From NCBI GenBank assembly GCA_013115145.1, contig JAAPAO010000119.1, positions 1 through 64,000 on the forward strand: DNA of 64,000 bases, written 5' to 3'. The position numbers and the translations under genes were made by a program. Source of the DNA: Perkinsus chesapeaki ATCC PRA-425. Taxonomy: Eukaryota; Protista; Perkinsozoa. Position 1 is the first letter of the stretch; each line of letters opens with the position of its first letter. Shown one piece after another: positions 41,330 through 52,712 of this stretch. The notes beneath the pieces are model-generated. The model made no database searches, was not told the DNA's origin, and was given only the letters and a program-made list of their open reading frames with translations.

Positions 41330-43001
41330 GACTAGGAGCTCGCTTCTCTCCGCCCCTATTAGCATTGCTGCGTCTTCAGTGAGCGTATGAGGCATTCCTA
41401 GTTCTAGTTCGCATTCTCCCGTCGAAGAATGGCAATTTACTCCTAAACAGAAGTTCCCTTTAAAATTAACCGCCACTCTTGTCGGCCTGCTATTGCAGTT
41501 TGTTGTTCATATTTGCTTCACTCAGATTGTCACGTGCTACCAGACGGCAACACAGTCCTGTTGTGCAACACGAAGAGTTACGGAATGAGATATGTGAAGT
41601 TTTAGAGTCTATCTCGTCTCATTGTATTGTCGATCCAAAACTCTTCTGGACATGAGTGTTTCTGACCAATGTTTCCATTATCAATAATTTGCCTCTAGTT
41701 CTTCAGACTTCAGTGTAACCAATACACAATGGTCTACACATTAAGACCAATACGTCACTGGAACACAGGTTCTGCATGATCACACTGCAACAATTCTCTT
41801 AACGATATCTAGTCATGTGAAACATCAATTCCGCGGCGGCAGGCGAAGTTGGACAGCCGATTCTGAACAATTTCGTCTTGGAATTTTCAATTTCGTCGAG
41901 ACCTAGCAAGTGCTCCCAATTCCGCTCACTTAGGGAGAACAATTTCATGACAATTTTTTGACAATCAACTAGATATTGAAAATGTGTATTCTCTGCTCGA
42001 AATATTGTCTATGAACCTTCTCAGTACAACTTAACCTTTCTTCCAATCTGGGACTTATAAGTCTTATGTGGCTAGGAGATCTGGTTGGAGAATACAATAC
42101 ATATCTTAGTATTAATTCTTGGCCCGTTTTCGGCTCAGCATGGTTTTATGTGGTTATCAACTTACCTTTCTACCGCGGGATCGTCTGGGTGCTATACGGT
42201 ACGCCCAACAGGAATCCTGCATTACGAGGTTCTTGTGAAAAAGAGAGTTAAACTCGTTTTGAGAACCGTACCGGCCAGTACAATGACGTGATATTCATGG
42301 CAGATCCGTATTGTCTCATTTCCAGCCCTTCTACAGTATCCTTACCTTTTCTTCGTTATAAGCTTCGTGTTGAGGTGTTAATAAGCCAAACAAAGTAGGC
42401 CATGCTCATTGATCTACTTATACCAGTGGAACAGAAAGAACACTCCTTTCTGCTCTATTCTCTCTCTTACGACCTTCTCGAAAGCAGAAGGCCATATCGC
42501 CAGATAATTTCCATGGAAGGATCAATGCAGTACGAGGTATAACCGCACATATTCGCCTTATTATCGACTCACGGAGAGGCCTCATTGAACCTTCGTGGTC
42601 TTACACCTCTGAGCGTGGGATATTCACCATAGCTTAGTCTCTACATTCTCATAGTACGCCTATCACATGAAAGGTAGTTATTGTCACACCGAGTTCTTAT
42701 TATCAGATTTCTGCTCTTAGTACCAAATGCTTAAGGGGAGTCCGGTAACCAGGAGATGGCGCATTTTAAGAATATTTAAGCAATATCCAATATTTGGTGG
42801 AGACAGTTCTTGTCAGGCAGCCGAGACAGCTAGGTGATTTTCATGCAACTATGCATGTAGAGGACATAGTGTTTTGCCGTCTCCTATTTCCGTCTCCGAA
42901 TGTCAGCTTCTGGCTAAATATAGCTCTCATTCACTAAACGCCATTCAGTGAACAGAAGACACTACCGACAAACTTTCTCAGCGCATTTTTTGTGTGCACT
43001 C

Positions 43002-44054
43002 ATGTCTACATTATTCTCCGTCTTACTTCCGCTGTATATCCTTCTTGTGGTTGTTGATGCTGGTCAGGTCGCCGATGCCAAGCTTGTTGAGTATACTCCA
43101 TGCAGTCCGGTCGTCGGTATTCTCGCTCCTCTTGCCTTGTATGGTGGAAATCTTTTCGTACCGCCGAATGATGCTGCCATCCCAGAGTATGTCGTTAAAT
43201 TTCTACGTAGCGCTGCAGTGCAGGTTGTCGTCCTACACGAGGAAGATCCCGACCTGGAGTCCGTACTATCTCGCTTGAGTGGTGTTTACTTTCCTGGAGC
43301 TTCCGTCGATGTTGACTTCGATCAACCTTATGAACAAGCGGCCTTGAGGATCTACAACTATGCGAAGAAGAGACACTCGGAGAATGACCCATTCCCACTT
43401 ATCGGTGTTGGTCGAGGTTATCACCTCCTCGCCGCTTTGGCGGCGGGCACCCCCGATGTTATATCTAAAGATCCTCGCAACGCTAAAAATGCCCTGCTAA
43501 CTCTGCAAATAGTTGATGATGGAGGTGATATGCTCGGATCGCTCCCATTAAATGTTAAGGAGATATTGCAAACCAAACCAGTGACACACAATGACCAGAT
43601 GTATGGGGTCCTACCAGAGATGTGGGAGCGCTTTCCTGGGCTGAACGAACAGTTCCTGATGACCAGTACCAGCAAGGATCCTGTTAGTGGTAAAATATTC
43701 TCAGCCACGATCGAGTCCAGACCTGGCAAAGCCCCTATGTATGGTATTGAGTGGCACCCAGAGACTATTCCCTACCTATGGGACCCTGATAAAGTACCCG
43801 CTTCGGCCAAAACGCCTGAATCTCTGCGTGTTAGCAGCGAGGTGGGGCTCTTCATCAACAGACTGTTCTCCGACAAGCTGAACAGATTTGAAACTATGGT
43901 AAAATTGGATAATGCAGTACTCAGCAGTTACATTCGCTCATGTTATGGATGGGATATCGCTCATGGGCATTGTGTGATTGTGAAATCAAATCCAATACCA
44001 AATCCAGCTAGCCTTTTCGCTCACTCCGCCCAACCAGTACAGCTCCATGTATAA
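43002..44054 (+). CDS. Gamma-glutamyl hydrolase-like (peptidase C26) paralogue 1, secreted, catalytic Cys replaced by Gly
   Basis: Signal-peptide-like N-terminus, PVVGIL, YVVKFL..., FPLIGVGRG, YGIEWHPE; intronless. Confidence 0.85.
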   Translation: MSTLFSVLLPLYILLVVVDAGQVADAKLVEYTPCSPVVGILAPLALYGGNLFVPPNDAAIPEYVVKFLRSAAVQVVVLHEEDPDLESVLSRLSGVYFPGASVDVDFDQPYEQAALRIYNYAKKRHSENDPFPLIGVGRGYHLLAALAAGTPDVISKDPRNAKNALLTLQIVDDGGDMLGSLPLNVKEILQTKPVTHNDQMYGVLPEMWERFPGLNEQFLMTSTSKDPVSGKIFSATIESRPGKAPMYGIEWHPETIPYLWDPDKVPASAKTPESLRVSSEVGLFINRLFSDKLNRFETMVKLDNAVLSSYIRSCYGWDIAHGHCVIVKSNPIPNPASLFAHSAQPVQLHV

Positions 44055-44613
44055 TGACCATTCAAGAAAGTAGCGATAAATATTTATGTGTTCCAAATTA
44101 TAGCGATGACATCAACTCGATATTATTCGGAAAAAAACTAAAAACCCTCTTTAGAACTAAAATCTGATGTTCATGATCCTTGCGTGCTTATACTGTATGC
44201 GGAAGTTTCGTTGAAGTATACATTTAAATACGTCACATGTATATGGGGCAAAATGCTTTCCTCTCAGTTGTAAAAAGTGCGCCAACTGAGCTACACCCCG
44301 GCAAGTATTAGCAACACGAGAGGCGTCCCAAGTGGCGTAACTAAGTAACATGTCTGGCCGTCCCAGCTCACAGCTGTTGACGGTGGATCTCCGCGTATCG
44401 AGTCTCGATTCGAGACGGCCAATTTCCTCCGTGCATCTCTGCATGCAAAGTGGCGTTTTTTGCCGTCTCTTCTTTCGGATTGTTTCTCTGTCTCGGGGTC
44501 GCTGTATGAAGCTATATACTGTCAAACTTATAGTGGCGGTTATTGTTGACCACCGAGCCTTTTTTAATTGACGAACAGCTTGAATGTTTCAGCATAACTA
44601 CTTTGTGCACCGT

Positions 44614-45648
44614 ATGTCCGTATTATTCAATATCTTACATCGCTTGTGCACCCTACTCGTAACGGTCGGTGCCGCCCGACTTGATGATGACACTTTTGAC
44701 GATTATACTCCATGGAGCCCGGTGGTCGGGATTCTAGTCCACCCTTTTGTGCACAATGGTACACGACTGGCTGGTGGTTTCATTCCAGAACATATCCCGA
44801 GATTTCTGGAGAGTGCTGGGGTTCAAGTTGCTGTTCTTCACGAGAAGGAACCTCATTTGGAGTCTCTGCTACCTCTCCTGAGTGGTGTTTACTTCCCGGA
44901 TGGCGTCCTTGATATTGACTTAAATCAACCTTATGAACAAGCGGCCTTGAAGATCTACAACTATGCGAAGAAGAGACACTCGGAGAATGACTCTTTCCCA
45001 CTTATCGGAATTTGTCAAGGTCATCAGCTTCTTGCCGCTTTGGCGGCGGGCACCCCAGATGCTATATCGAAGAATGCCTACAAGTCTACCAATGTCTCGC
45101 TTCCTTTACAATTTGTCGAAGATGGAGGCAAGATGCTCGGATCGCTCCCAGCAGATCTTAAGAAGATACTGCAAACCAAGCCGATCACGTATAACAACCA
45201 TGACCACGGAATCCCACCAGAGATGTGGGAGCGCTTTCCTGGGCTGAACGAACAGTTTATGATGACCAGTACCAGCGAGGATCCTGTTAGTGGTAGAATA
45301 TTTTCAGCCACAATGGAGTCCAGACCTGGCAAAGCCCCTATGTATGGTATTCAATTTCACTCAGAGACTGTTCCTTATGCTTGGAGTCCCTTGGTGAAAT
45401 CGGCTTTAGTTAAGACGCATGAATCTTTACGCATTACGACCGAGATCAGCTTATTCATTAATAGCCTCTTCCACGACAAGCCAAGCAGATTTGGAGACAT
45501 AGGACAGCTACAAGGTCTACTCGTCGAAACCTATGACCTACGTTGCGCAGTCGATACGGGTGCCGCAGAAGGTAGATGCTTCCATCACATTCCTGATCCC
45601 ACTCTGCTGGGTATAAACCTTGTAAACACAGGGTCCCTTCAAAGTTGA
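44614..45648 (+). CDS. GGH: Gamma-glutamyl hydrolase paralogue 2, catalytic Cys/His retained
   Basis: FPLIGICQG (Cys at 45013-45015), NNHDHG, YGIQFHSE; intronless; hydrophobic N-terminus. Confidence 0.85.
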   Translation: MSVLFNILHRLCTLLVTVGAARLDDDTFDDYTPWSPVVGILVHPFVHNGTRLAGGFIPEHIPRFLESAGVQVAVLHEKEPHLESLLPLLSGVYFPDGVLDIDLNQPYEQAALKIYNYAKKRHSENDSFPLIGICQGHQLLAALAAGTPDAISKNAYKSTNVSLPLQFVEDGGKMLGSLPADLKKILQTKPITYNNHDHGIPPEMWERFPGLNEQFMMTSTSEDPVSGRIFSATMESRPGKAPMYGIQFHSETVPYAWSPLVKSALVKTHESLRITTEISLFINSLFHDKPSRFGDIGQLQGLLVETYDLRCAVDTGAAEGRCFHHIPDPTLLGINLVNTGSLQS

Positions 45649-46435
45649 TACTCAGGGATATTAAGTGGATCGTGAGCGCCTCTATTTTTCGTGTGTTGTA
45701 TACTCTATACGAAATAACTATTGAATTTGATATGATAACCTTGAAAAACTAATGACAGATGTTCATGAATGTTGCGCGATTAAAGCGATGTTTTCGTTGT
45801 AGTATCCCAATATGTGGAATAATGCGGGCCATACATCTCAATGATTGAAACTGACGGGCCACTTATAGCACAAGTTGTGATCGAAGGATGGGTAACACTA
45901 CTGTAGAGGACGAGATGAAGAAGGACTTTGACGGTTACGCATCAGGAGTTTTGTTCCGAAGGCCTGGCCCTGGTGAATATTCCAATTGGTGTGGGTTCCC
46001 ACCCCAACACCAAAATGACCCAATTAGAATTTCTATCAATCCGAATTTAATTTGCCGGGTAAGCCCTGACGATACTCATCCGGTTCAGTCGCTGCAACAT
46101 CAAGGACTTGGATTCGAGGTCAGCGACAGATTCGGAACCTTGTGCGAACTGAGAGTTACTGGCTGTCTCTCAACTTCTCGCTCAATCGCGGGAAATCGGT
46201 GGTATGTATAATGCTGACTCATCTAGACAGCTTGCGTCGGAGAGTGGGCAACCTTCAAGCGTCCTAAAATCTTCTATAATAACATCGCCCAGTTGCGGAG
46301 ACTACGGAAGCGTGGAATGCGTTATATTGTCTCCAGTCTCGAGTCGTTCCCGTCTCGTCCTCAGCCGCCGTACACTGGGCTTCGTTATTGCTCTGCTAGC
46401 CAGGCTTATCATCTCAGGATATCAGTGAGCCATTC

Positions 46436-47518
46436 ATGTCCGAATTACCCTTCATCTCACATCAATTGTGTATCCTCATCGTAGCGATTGGTGCTTCTGA
46501 TCCACTTCGTGAAGGTCCTTCGAGTTATACCCAACGGATCCCCGTTATTGGAGTTCTTGCTCAGCCTTTCGCCAATTTACTAGATATAACGATGCGTGAG
46601 AGTGACGCTTTCATTCCAGAATATATGGTCAAGTTCCTGGAAAGTACTGGTTCACAGGTCGTTCCTATACACGAGAAAGATCCCGACCTGGAGTCCGTAC
46701 TATCTCGCCTAAGTGGTGTTTACTTGCCGGATGGCGTCCTTGATATTGACTTTGATCAACCTTATGAACAAGCAGCCTTGAGGATCTACAACTATGCGAA
46801 GAAGAGACACTCGGAGAATGACCCATTCCCACTTATCGGTGTTGGTCGAGGTTATCACCTCCTCGCCGCTTTGGCGGCGGGCACCCCCGATGTTATATCT
46901 AAAGATCCTCGCAACACTCCGAACGTCGCACTTCCTCTGAGAATAGTCGATGATGGAGGAGATATGCTCGGATCGCTCCCATTAAATGTTAAGGAGATAT
47001 TGCAAACCAAAGCAGTGAGACACAATGACCAGATGTATGGGGTCCTACCAGAGATGTGGGAGCGCTTCCCTGGGCTGAACGAACAGTTCCTGATGACCAG
47101 TACCACCAAGGATCCTGTTAGTGGTAAAATATTCTCAGCCACGATGGAGTCCAGATCTGGCAAAGCCCCTATGTATGGTATTGAGTGGCACCCAGGCACT
47201 GTCCCTTACGTTTGGATTCCTGGATACGAGTCGATCTTGATGAAAACACGGCAATTGTTTCAGGTTACCAGCGCGTTCGGTTTGTTTTTCAACATGCTGT
47301 TCATTAGTAAGCCGAACAGATTCGAACATGTTGAGAGCTTGGGTGCAGCGCTTGTCCAAAATTACAAGAAAACATGTGAACCTTTGGCTCTAGCGCAGGG
47401 AGCATGTACGTACCTCGTACCTTATCCTGGTCAATCCGGTATCCAAGCTCACCGTAAGAGAACGACTTTTCGCGAGAGAGCCACCAAAACCATTCGAGAC
47501 CTCTTTTCTCGCCATTAA
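46436..47518 (+). CDS. Gamma-glutamyl hydrolase-like paralogue 3, Cys replaced by Gly, HPE changed to HPG
   Basis: PVIGVLAQP, FPLIGVGRG, YGIEWHPG; central region nearly identical to paralogue 1. Confidence 0.85.
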   Translation: MSELPFISHQLCILIVAIGASDPLREGPSSYTQRIPVIGVLAQPFANLLDITMRESDAFIPEYMVKFLESTGSQVVPIHEKDPDLESVLSRLSGVYLPDGVLDIDFDQPYEQAALRIYNYAKKRHSENDPFPLIGVGRGYHLLAALAAGTPDVISKDPRNTPNVALPLRIVDDGGDMLGSLPLNVKEILQTKAVRHNDQMYGVLPEMWERFPGLNEQFLMTSTTKDPVSGKIFSATMESRSGKAPMYGIEWHPGTVPYVWIPGYESILMKTRQLFQVTSAFGLFFNMLFISKPNRFEHVESLGAALVQNYKKTCEPLALAQGACTYLVPYPGQSGIQAHRKRTTFRERATKTIRDLFSRH

Positions 47519-48732
47519 AGGCATGGTGGAGATAACTAGAATGATAAACCAGAGCAACGGTGTTCATGAAACATTGATATTCATCGTGGTGTTATTTTAT
47601 TGGAATTGTGTTTGAAGTATCAACGCTACTGGGCACGTCCTCTTACAGGTATTAACCTCTCATACTCAAGCTCAATCACGTGGAAAAGTCCCGAGCTTTG
47701 ACCCTCGGAACACTCTAACTCCTCAAGGTCTGTAATTCTGGAAGCCATAAGATATAATCTTCGTGGATAGTATTTGTACACCTCCCCATACAAGCAATGG
47801 TTATACTTGCGATTGCTGTGATTTGAACTATCCGAGTGCCTGAAGTGTGGTGATGTAGCTAGGTGATGACTATTTGCTCTCTATGAAGGAGACCAGAAAC
47901 AATGCAGAGTCGAGCTTAACTTAGAGATGACAACCGTTGCTCGCCCATCGTCGCGGATTGACCACCATTTTTTTATCTTTTTTTACCGATGCAGTGAAAT
48001 GTTCGGCGGTGTCTGTCCGAATCAACTCGAATCGTCTCATTGTTCTGTTGATTGAGGATAGGCTCGTGTAGGCAAAGATGCAGCACACAAAAATAGGTTA
48101 TACGTGGAGAGAGAGTGATTATTTACTCTACAGAGAATTGGAAAGCACGAAGTGCTTGGAGGTACAGTCCGAGCCGGAGTCGGTTCACTCCGGCTGATGA
48201 TTTACGGCTTTACCCCAGATGATTTACCCATGCACTCGTCTTGCTGTTGTGTTTATTGAGGATCGGTTCGCGAAGGCAAAGACACTGTATAGGTTGTGTT
48301 TCTATCGGACCCCTCGATTGAACAAAGTAGATCCAATGGATACTCGATAATACTCTGTCATCACGAACCATTCTTTAAGTAGCTGTGATACACCTCGTAA
48401 TGTGATACACCTCGTGCCCATCACGAGCACTCAGAGGGGCACATTAAAAAAGTGCTGCAGAGTGCTGCACTCTTAATACAAATCAAACCGGAAAAGGATG
48501 TTAATAACCCTCTCCCATGCTGCTTTACAACAAGGTGTCAAGTTAGTTAGATCGCTCGATATCCACTACCACTAACAAACGCAACAAACGTATATTCATG
48601 ATTTCTCAAAGAAGCATACTTTCCGCTGAGACCCACGAGGTCGACACAGACGGCAAGCTGCATAGATGTAATTATACTTTGCATGGTAGTAGTTATACTG
48701 TACAACACCTTCTAACAAGTGACCAGGTGCTA

Positions 48733-50442
48733 TCATATATCATCCATGATAAACGGCATTATATTATCCACCCATAGATGAAACGGCAGACAAGGTAGGC
48801 TCGACATGCGACAGCTCGACCGTCTCCGTTTAATAAGATGCTGTCGATCGCCGGAGACAAACTCGCCCAATTTCAGGAGCCACTCACGCTGATCTTTAGC
48901 GGCGCTACAATCAGTGGCACCGGTGCATAGCCAAGCATCGTTCACGCGCTTCTCAGATCGCAGTTCACCGCCGACCAACAACAGCCGGTCAGAATGCAGC
49001 GCCACACAGCGTACTAGACACCTCGCTTGCCATCGACGAGGCATTGTCTCCGGCAGCCCATCTTGTGATAAACCCAGAGGAGGCAAACCTGAAACTACGC
49101 TAATACGAGACGAATAATAAGTTTCTTACATCCGCAAGAGTCGCTTGAAGTCGCCGATGCTTTGAGCCAAGAACGGCCCTCGTCACGACTGATCCACACA
49201 TCCGAGCTGCACTGGTCGACGTCACTACTTGGCTCACCGGGAAGTGCTAAAAAAGCCAATTCCGAAACTCGCGTGGAGTTGTGTTTACCCTGCTGGGAGC
49301 TCGTCGTCGTTATTTCTCCACCGCAAAGGACCAACATTCCGCTTGGATTGTGCTGAACGACGGCCATTCCTCCTCGCGGACCAAACTCCCCATTGAGGGT
49401 TTCCTAAATCAAGATAACAACCAAACACCATCCCGAGACGCTCGCCTACTGCATGCCACGTTTCACCGCCGTCATCCGAACGCCAAACGTCCGAAAGGAA
49501 ACCGGTCATCGTTGTGCCGCCGACGATAATGAAAGAACTCCCACCTACCACTAAAGATATCTCCTGAAGGTCGAGCGCGGATCCTACCGTTTAAAGTGGT
49601 AAACCCCATGGCCCATCTGGGTTCCCATGGAGCGCTATTATGAAGTTGAGTCCAGTTCTCGCCAGAGTCGTCAGAACACCAGACGTCGTTGAGATGGACG
49701 TTATTCGTACCAAGACCGCCGCAGACGATAATTCTGAAATTGGGTAATAAAAAAACGGCGGCCGGAAAGACCGACCTGCCAGTGTCGAGAACAGCGCAAG
49801 CAAAGTTGCATCGCGGCGGAAATGACTGAGTTGGATCGTCTGGGATCATTTCAGTCCAGGTTCGACCTCCGTCAGAAGATCTCCAAACATCGTTCTTGAA
49901 ATTGAAGTGTCGATCCCATCCGCCTGAAGCAGTCTTGATGGCATGCGCCAAGCAAACCCCTACCGAGGAGCAGTAGAGCGCTGTCATGGTTAAGTGAAAC
50001 TAAGCAGTGGCCCATGCGGGGGGTCCAATCGGCCGAGGCTGCTCGGCACTCCCACGCCCGCCCACCGTCAACGCTGCAGTATCTAATAGAAAGGCTCGGA
50101 AGCGTTTGAATAGAGGACGTGCTTACACATCACTCATCGATCTCGACATGCTGTCAAGGCCGCCGGAAAGATAAACGGTATTAGCGTCCCAGCAAGCCAG
50201 GAGTGCGTGGCCGGAACGACCGTCAAAACCACCGGCGGGCAAACGATGCCAACCTGCTGCGAACGCTGCTGTGGAGGTATAATCCTGAAGAGAATGATAG
50301 ACGCCAGAGGAGGCCGTTAACTCACCAACAGAGACGAACCGACTGCATTTAGAGCACGTTTTCGCCGGCAGCACTGAGTGCTGTCGCAGGGATGGCAACT
50401 CACAACACGCTTTTGGATCCACTTCTTCCGCTGTGGCGACAT
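48733..50442 (-). CDS. Kelch-like/BNR (Asp-box) beta-propeller protein, multi-exon; 5' end approximate
   Basis: Repeats GG...DVWRSSDGGRTW, DVWCSDDSGENW, DVWRSDDGGETW, DVWISRDEGRSW, with RSGH/RWAM/RHL blade starts. Confidence 0.8.
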
Positions 50443-50949
50443 CCGTAACGAGTAACTGACAATATGACTGCGTAACTATTTCTTCCAGAGCCGGCTTTAC
50501 CGATGAGTGGGATGGGCAGCATAGGACAATCGGCGTTGAGGAGCTTCTGAAGTTGACAAGGGTAAGAGCGGTTCGGTAGACCGACCAGATGGGGTGAACT
50601 GTAACGACATTATGGGAGATAACTGGTACAACTGAAACATTGTAATGTACAAGTTAGAATTAGAAGATAAAGCAACGGAAGAAGGCTGGCTGCCAATCGA
50701 TTAGATGGGCGTGCGCGAAGTTCATGCGCCGTTTCAACATCATACCCGAAAAGTAAGTAGCCGTGTGTGTTAATGACACGTCATTTGTTGGCTGTAGTGC
50801 TGATTAATATCTGATCTATATCCATGCAGAGATGATCAACCAACTCATTTTCATTGGGTATCAGTGGTTGTTGGGCGGTCTCTAATTTCGCCGGTCGAAT
50901 GGGCAGAGGTCTGCTGCCTCTTCGAGATGCCAATCAATTTTAGAGTCTC

Positions 50950-51070
50950 CAAGTCATTCGGTGTGATACAAGGGCCACCCTTGAATCATCGGTCATCCAG
51001 AAACTAACCAATCGGGCAGTATTTAGTAACTACCGAAGTCGATATCGTACTGGTGGGGATTGTAGGCGCA
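50950..51070 (-). pseudogene. Pseudogene fragment of the 10-Cys surface-protein family (type Y)
   Basis: Minus strand TSVVTKYCPIG*FLDDR*FKGGPCITP versus SAVTKYCPIGWCLDDQWFKGGPCITP in 53468-54166. Two Trp codons became stops, followed by a deletion. Confidence 0.85.
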
Positions 51071-52048
51071 ATCCTATGCAAGTACAAGAGACAGTGTCTC
51101 TGATCCGAATACAAAGCAACAGTAAGACGTATGCATAGGTTAACAGTCTGATTCCAGCGATTCGAGTTGATTCGGAGAGATACTACTACGCACCGCTGCA
51201 TGAGCGGTAAAGGACGGGCAGATCGTGATGTGCTGACAATGTGCACAAATGTAATAACGAAAATAAAAGTGCAAAAGTTGACAGAGGCGTGCGATGCTGC
51301 GGCCGTAAAGCGAGGCTCGAACACATGGCACAGCTCTGGCAGGTCTTCATTAGCCGGGCGTCGGGCAACCGGACCCAACAGACATGTACGGAATGTAGAA
51401 ACCCTATTTGAGTGTTTACTCACAAACTACTTTATTGTTTCCATCCATATTTGCCAGATCTCATTGAATAAGGAGGAAAGCGAACCCCCGTGTGATGTGC
51501 ACCCCTAAGAGTCTTAGGGGTGCTACGAAAGGATAACCGATCGAATGAAAAAGAGAACAGATAACTTCTGTTCACTTCCTAGATCTACTCTCAGCTGTTT
51601 GAAGACGTAAAACTGTTTTCAAGCATATCTGCTCTGTCCATAGTATGGTCCTAAGCATTCACTTCGTCCTCCTATCTCGTCTGACATAAGCGCGTCCATC
51701 GCTAGTCCTAATGAGAAATCTCCCTATGAAATGCATCATCAAGTGCATCCCTTTTGAAAAACATCTGATGTTCTTCCACTTAGTATTGCAACCCTTGAGC
51801 ACGAAAGCCTCGTCATCGATAGCAACCGCTCAAAGTGATGCTCTAGACCAACTCCAGAACTCCCTGTCTTCCTACCATCTGGATCAAAGAACCGACTTCG
51901 GCTCGAAGTGTACCTCCAGTTCACAAATGACAGTTCACTTATCGTAATATTGAACAGTGTTTTCGTTCAACTGCATCAACACAACAGAATACACCGGCAA
52001 GCCAACGCCCTGAGGTGGTTTAAGGCTGCCGTAAAATAAGTCAACAAA

Positions 52049-52597
52049 TTACCCAATAGAAAACAGTACAAAGACGATAATAGCAACACCGATTGACAGC
52101 GATTGAGGGGAGCTATTTCCACTAGGGAACGGCGGCGGCGAGCGGGTAGTCAGAGTTCCAGGCGGGGGTGGATAACTGCACGGAGAAGCCACTGCCCAGC
52201 CATCTCTCGGTTCAAAGGAGAATGGTGTCGAGCGAAAGTCTTTGCAATAACAAGGCAGCTGAATATCGTGGAAGCATACACGACCCTTAGGGTCTTGCCA
52301 ATCTTTGCAAAACGTCCCTTGCGAACGTCCTTGTTCGTTAGTTGGATGGATATGACGTCGATTGGCGTCGATCTCACAGAACAAGTTCCAGCAATCCCGA
52401 AGCTTGGTGGGATTCGGATGGATACAAGGATGATCTTCGAACCATTGGTTATCCAGACACCAGTTCTCTGGACAATACTTAGGCGCCGCCGTAGTCGAGG
52501 TAGTAGTGACGCTAATAGTACTAGTACTACTCTCTTGCGCACTCATCTGGAGAATCTGTACTGCAAAAATGAAACAGATCATCCAGAAAGAATTCAC
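52049..52597 (-). CDS. Secreted/GPI-type 10-Cys surface protein, type Y copy 2
   Basis: Signal peptide, Thr/Ser stalk, YCP..WC...CKDWQDPKGRVC...CYC...PCSYP, hydrophobic C-terminus. Confidence 0.85.
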   Translation of the reverse strand: MNSFWMICFIFAVQILQMSAQESSTSTISVTTTSTTAAPKYCPENWCLDNQWFEDHPCIHPNPTKLRDCWNLFCEIDANRRHIHPTNEQGRSQGTFCKDWQDPKGRVCFHDIQLPCYCKDFRSTPFSFEPRDGWAVASPCSYPPPPGTLTTRSPPPFPSGNSSPQSLSIGVAIIVFVLFSIG

Positions 52598-52712
52598 TAC
52601 AAATCAAAAACTGTCAAAAGTCAACGATAATCTGGAATCTCACTAACAAAAAACTAATCACAATACGAAGAAAATAATGGGTTTGCTGCAACTGAGCATA
52701 CAAGTGGGAAGC

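Noticed and set aside
45888-46211. 107-aa ORF between GGH copies 2 and 3
   Set aside because: No recognisable motif or splice context; possibly a relic but unsupported.
43421-47199. Repeated minus-strand ORFs (MPGLDSIVAENILPL...)
   Set aside because: They are antisense shadows of the three GGH paralogues.
50950-51070. In-frame TAG/TGA at Trp positions as possible stop-codon reassignment
   Set aside because: All other genes use TGG for Trp and end at standard stops. The segment also has a deletion, so it is a pseudogene.
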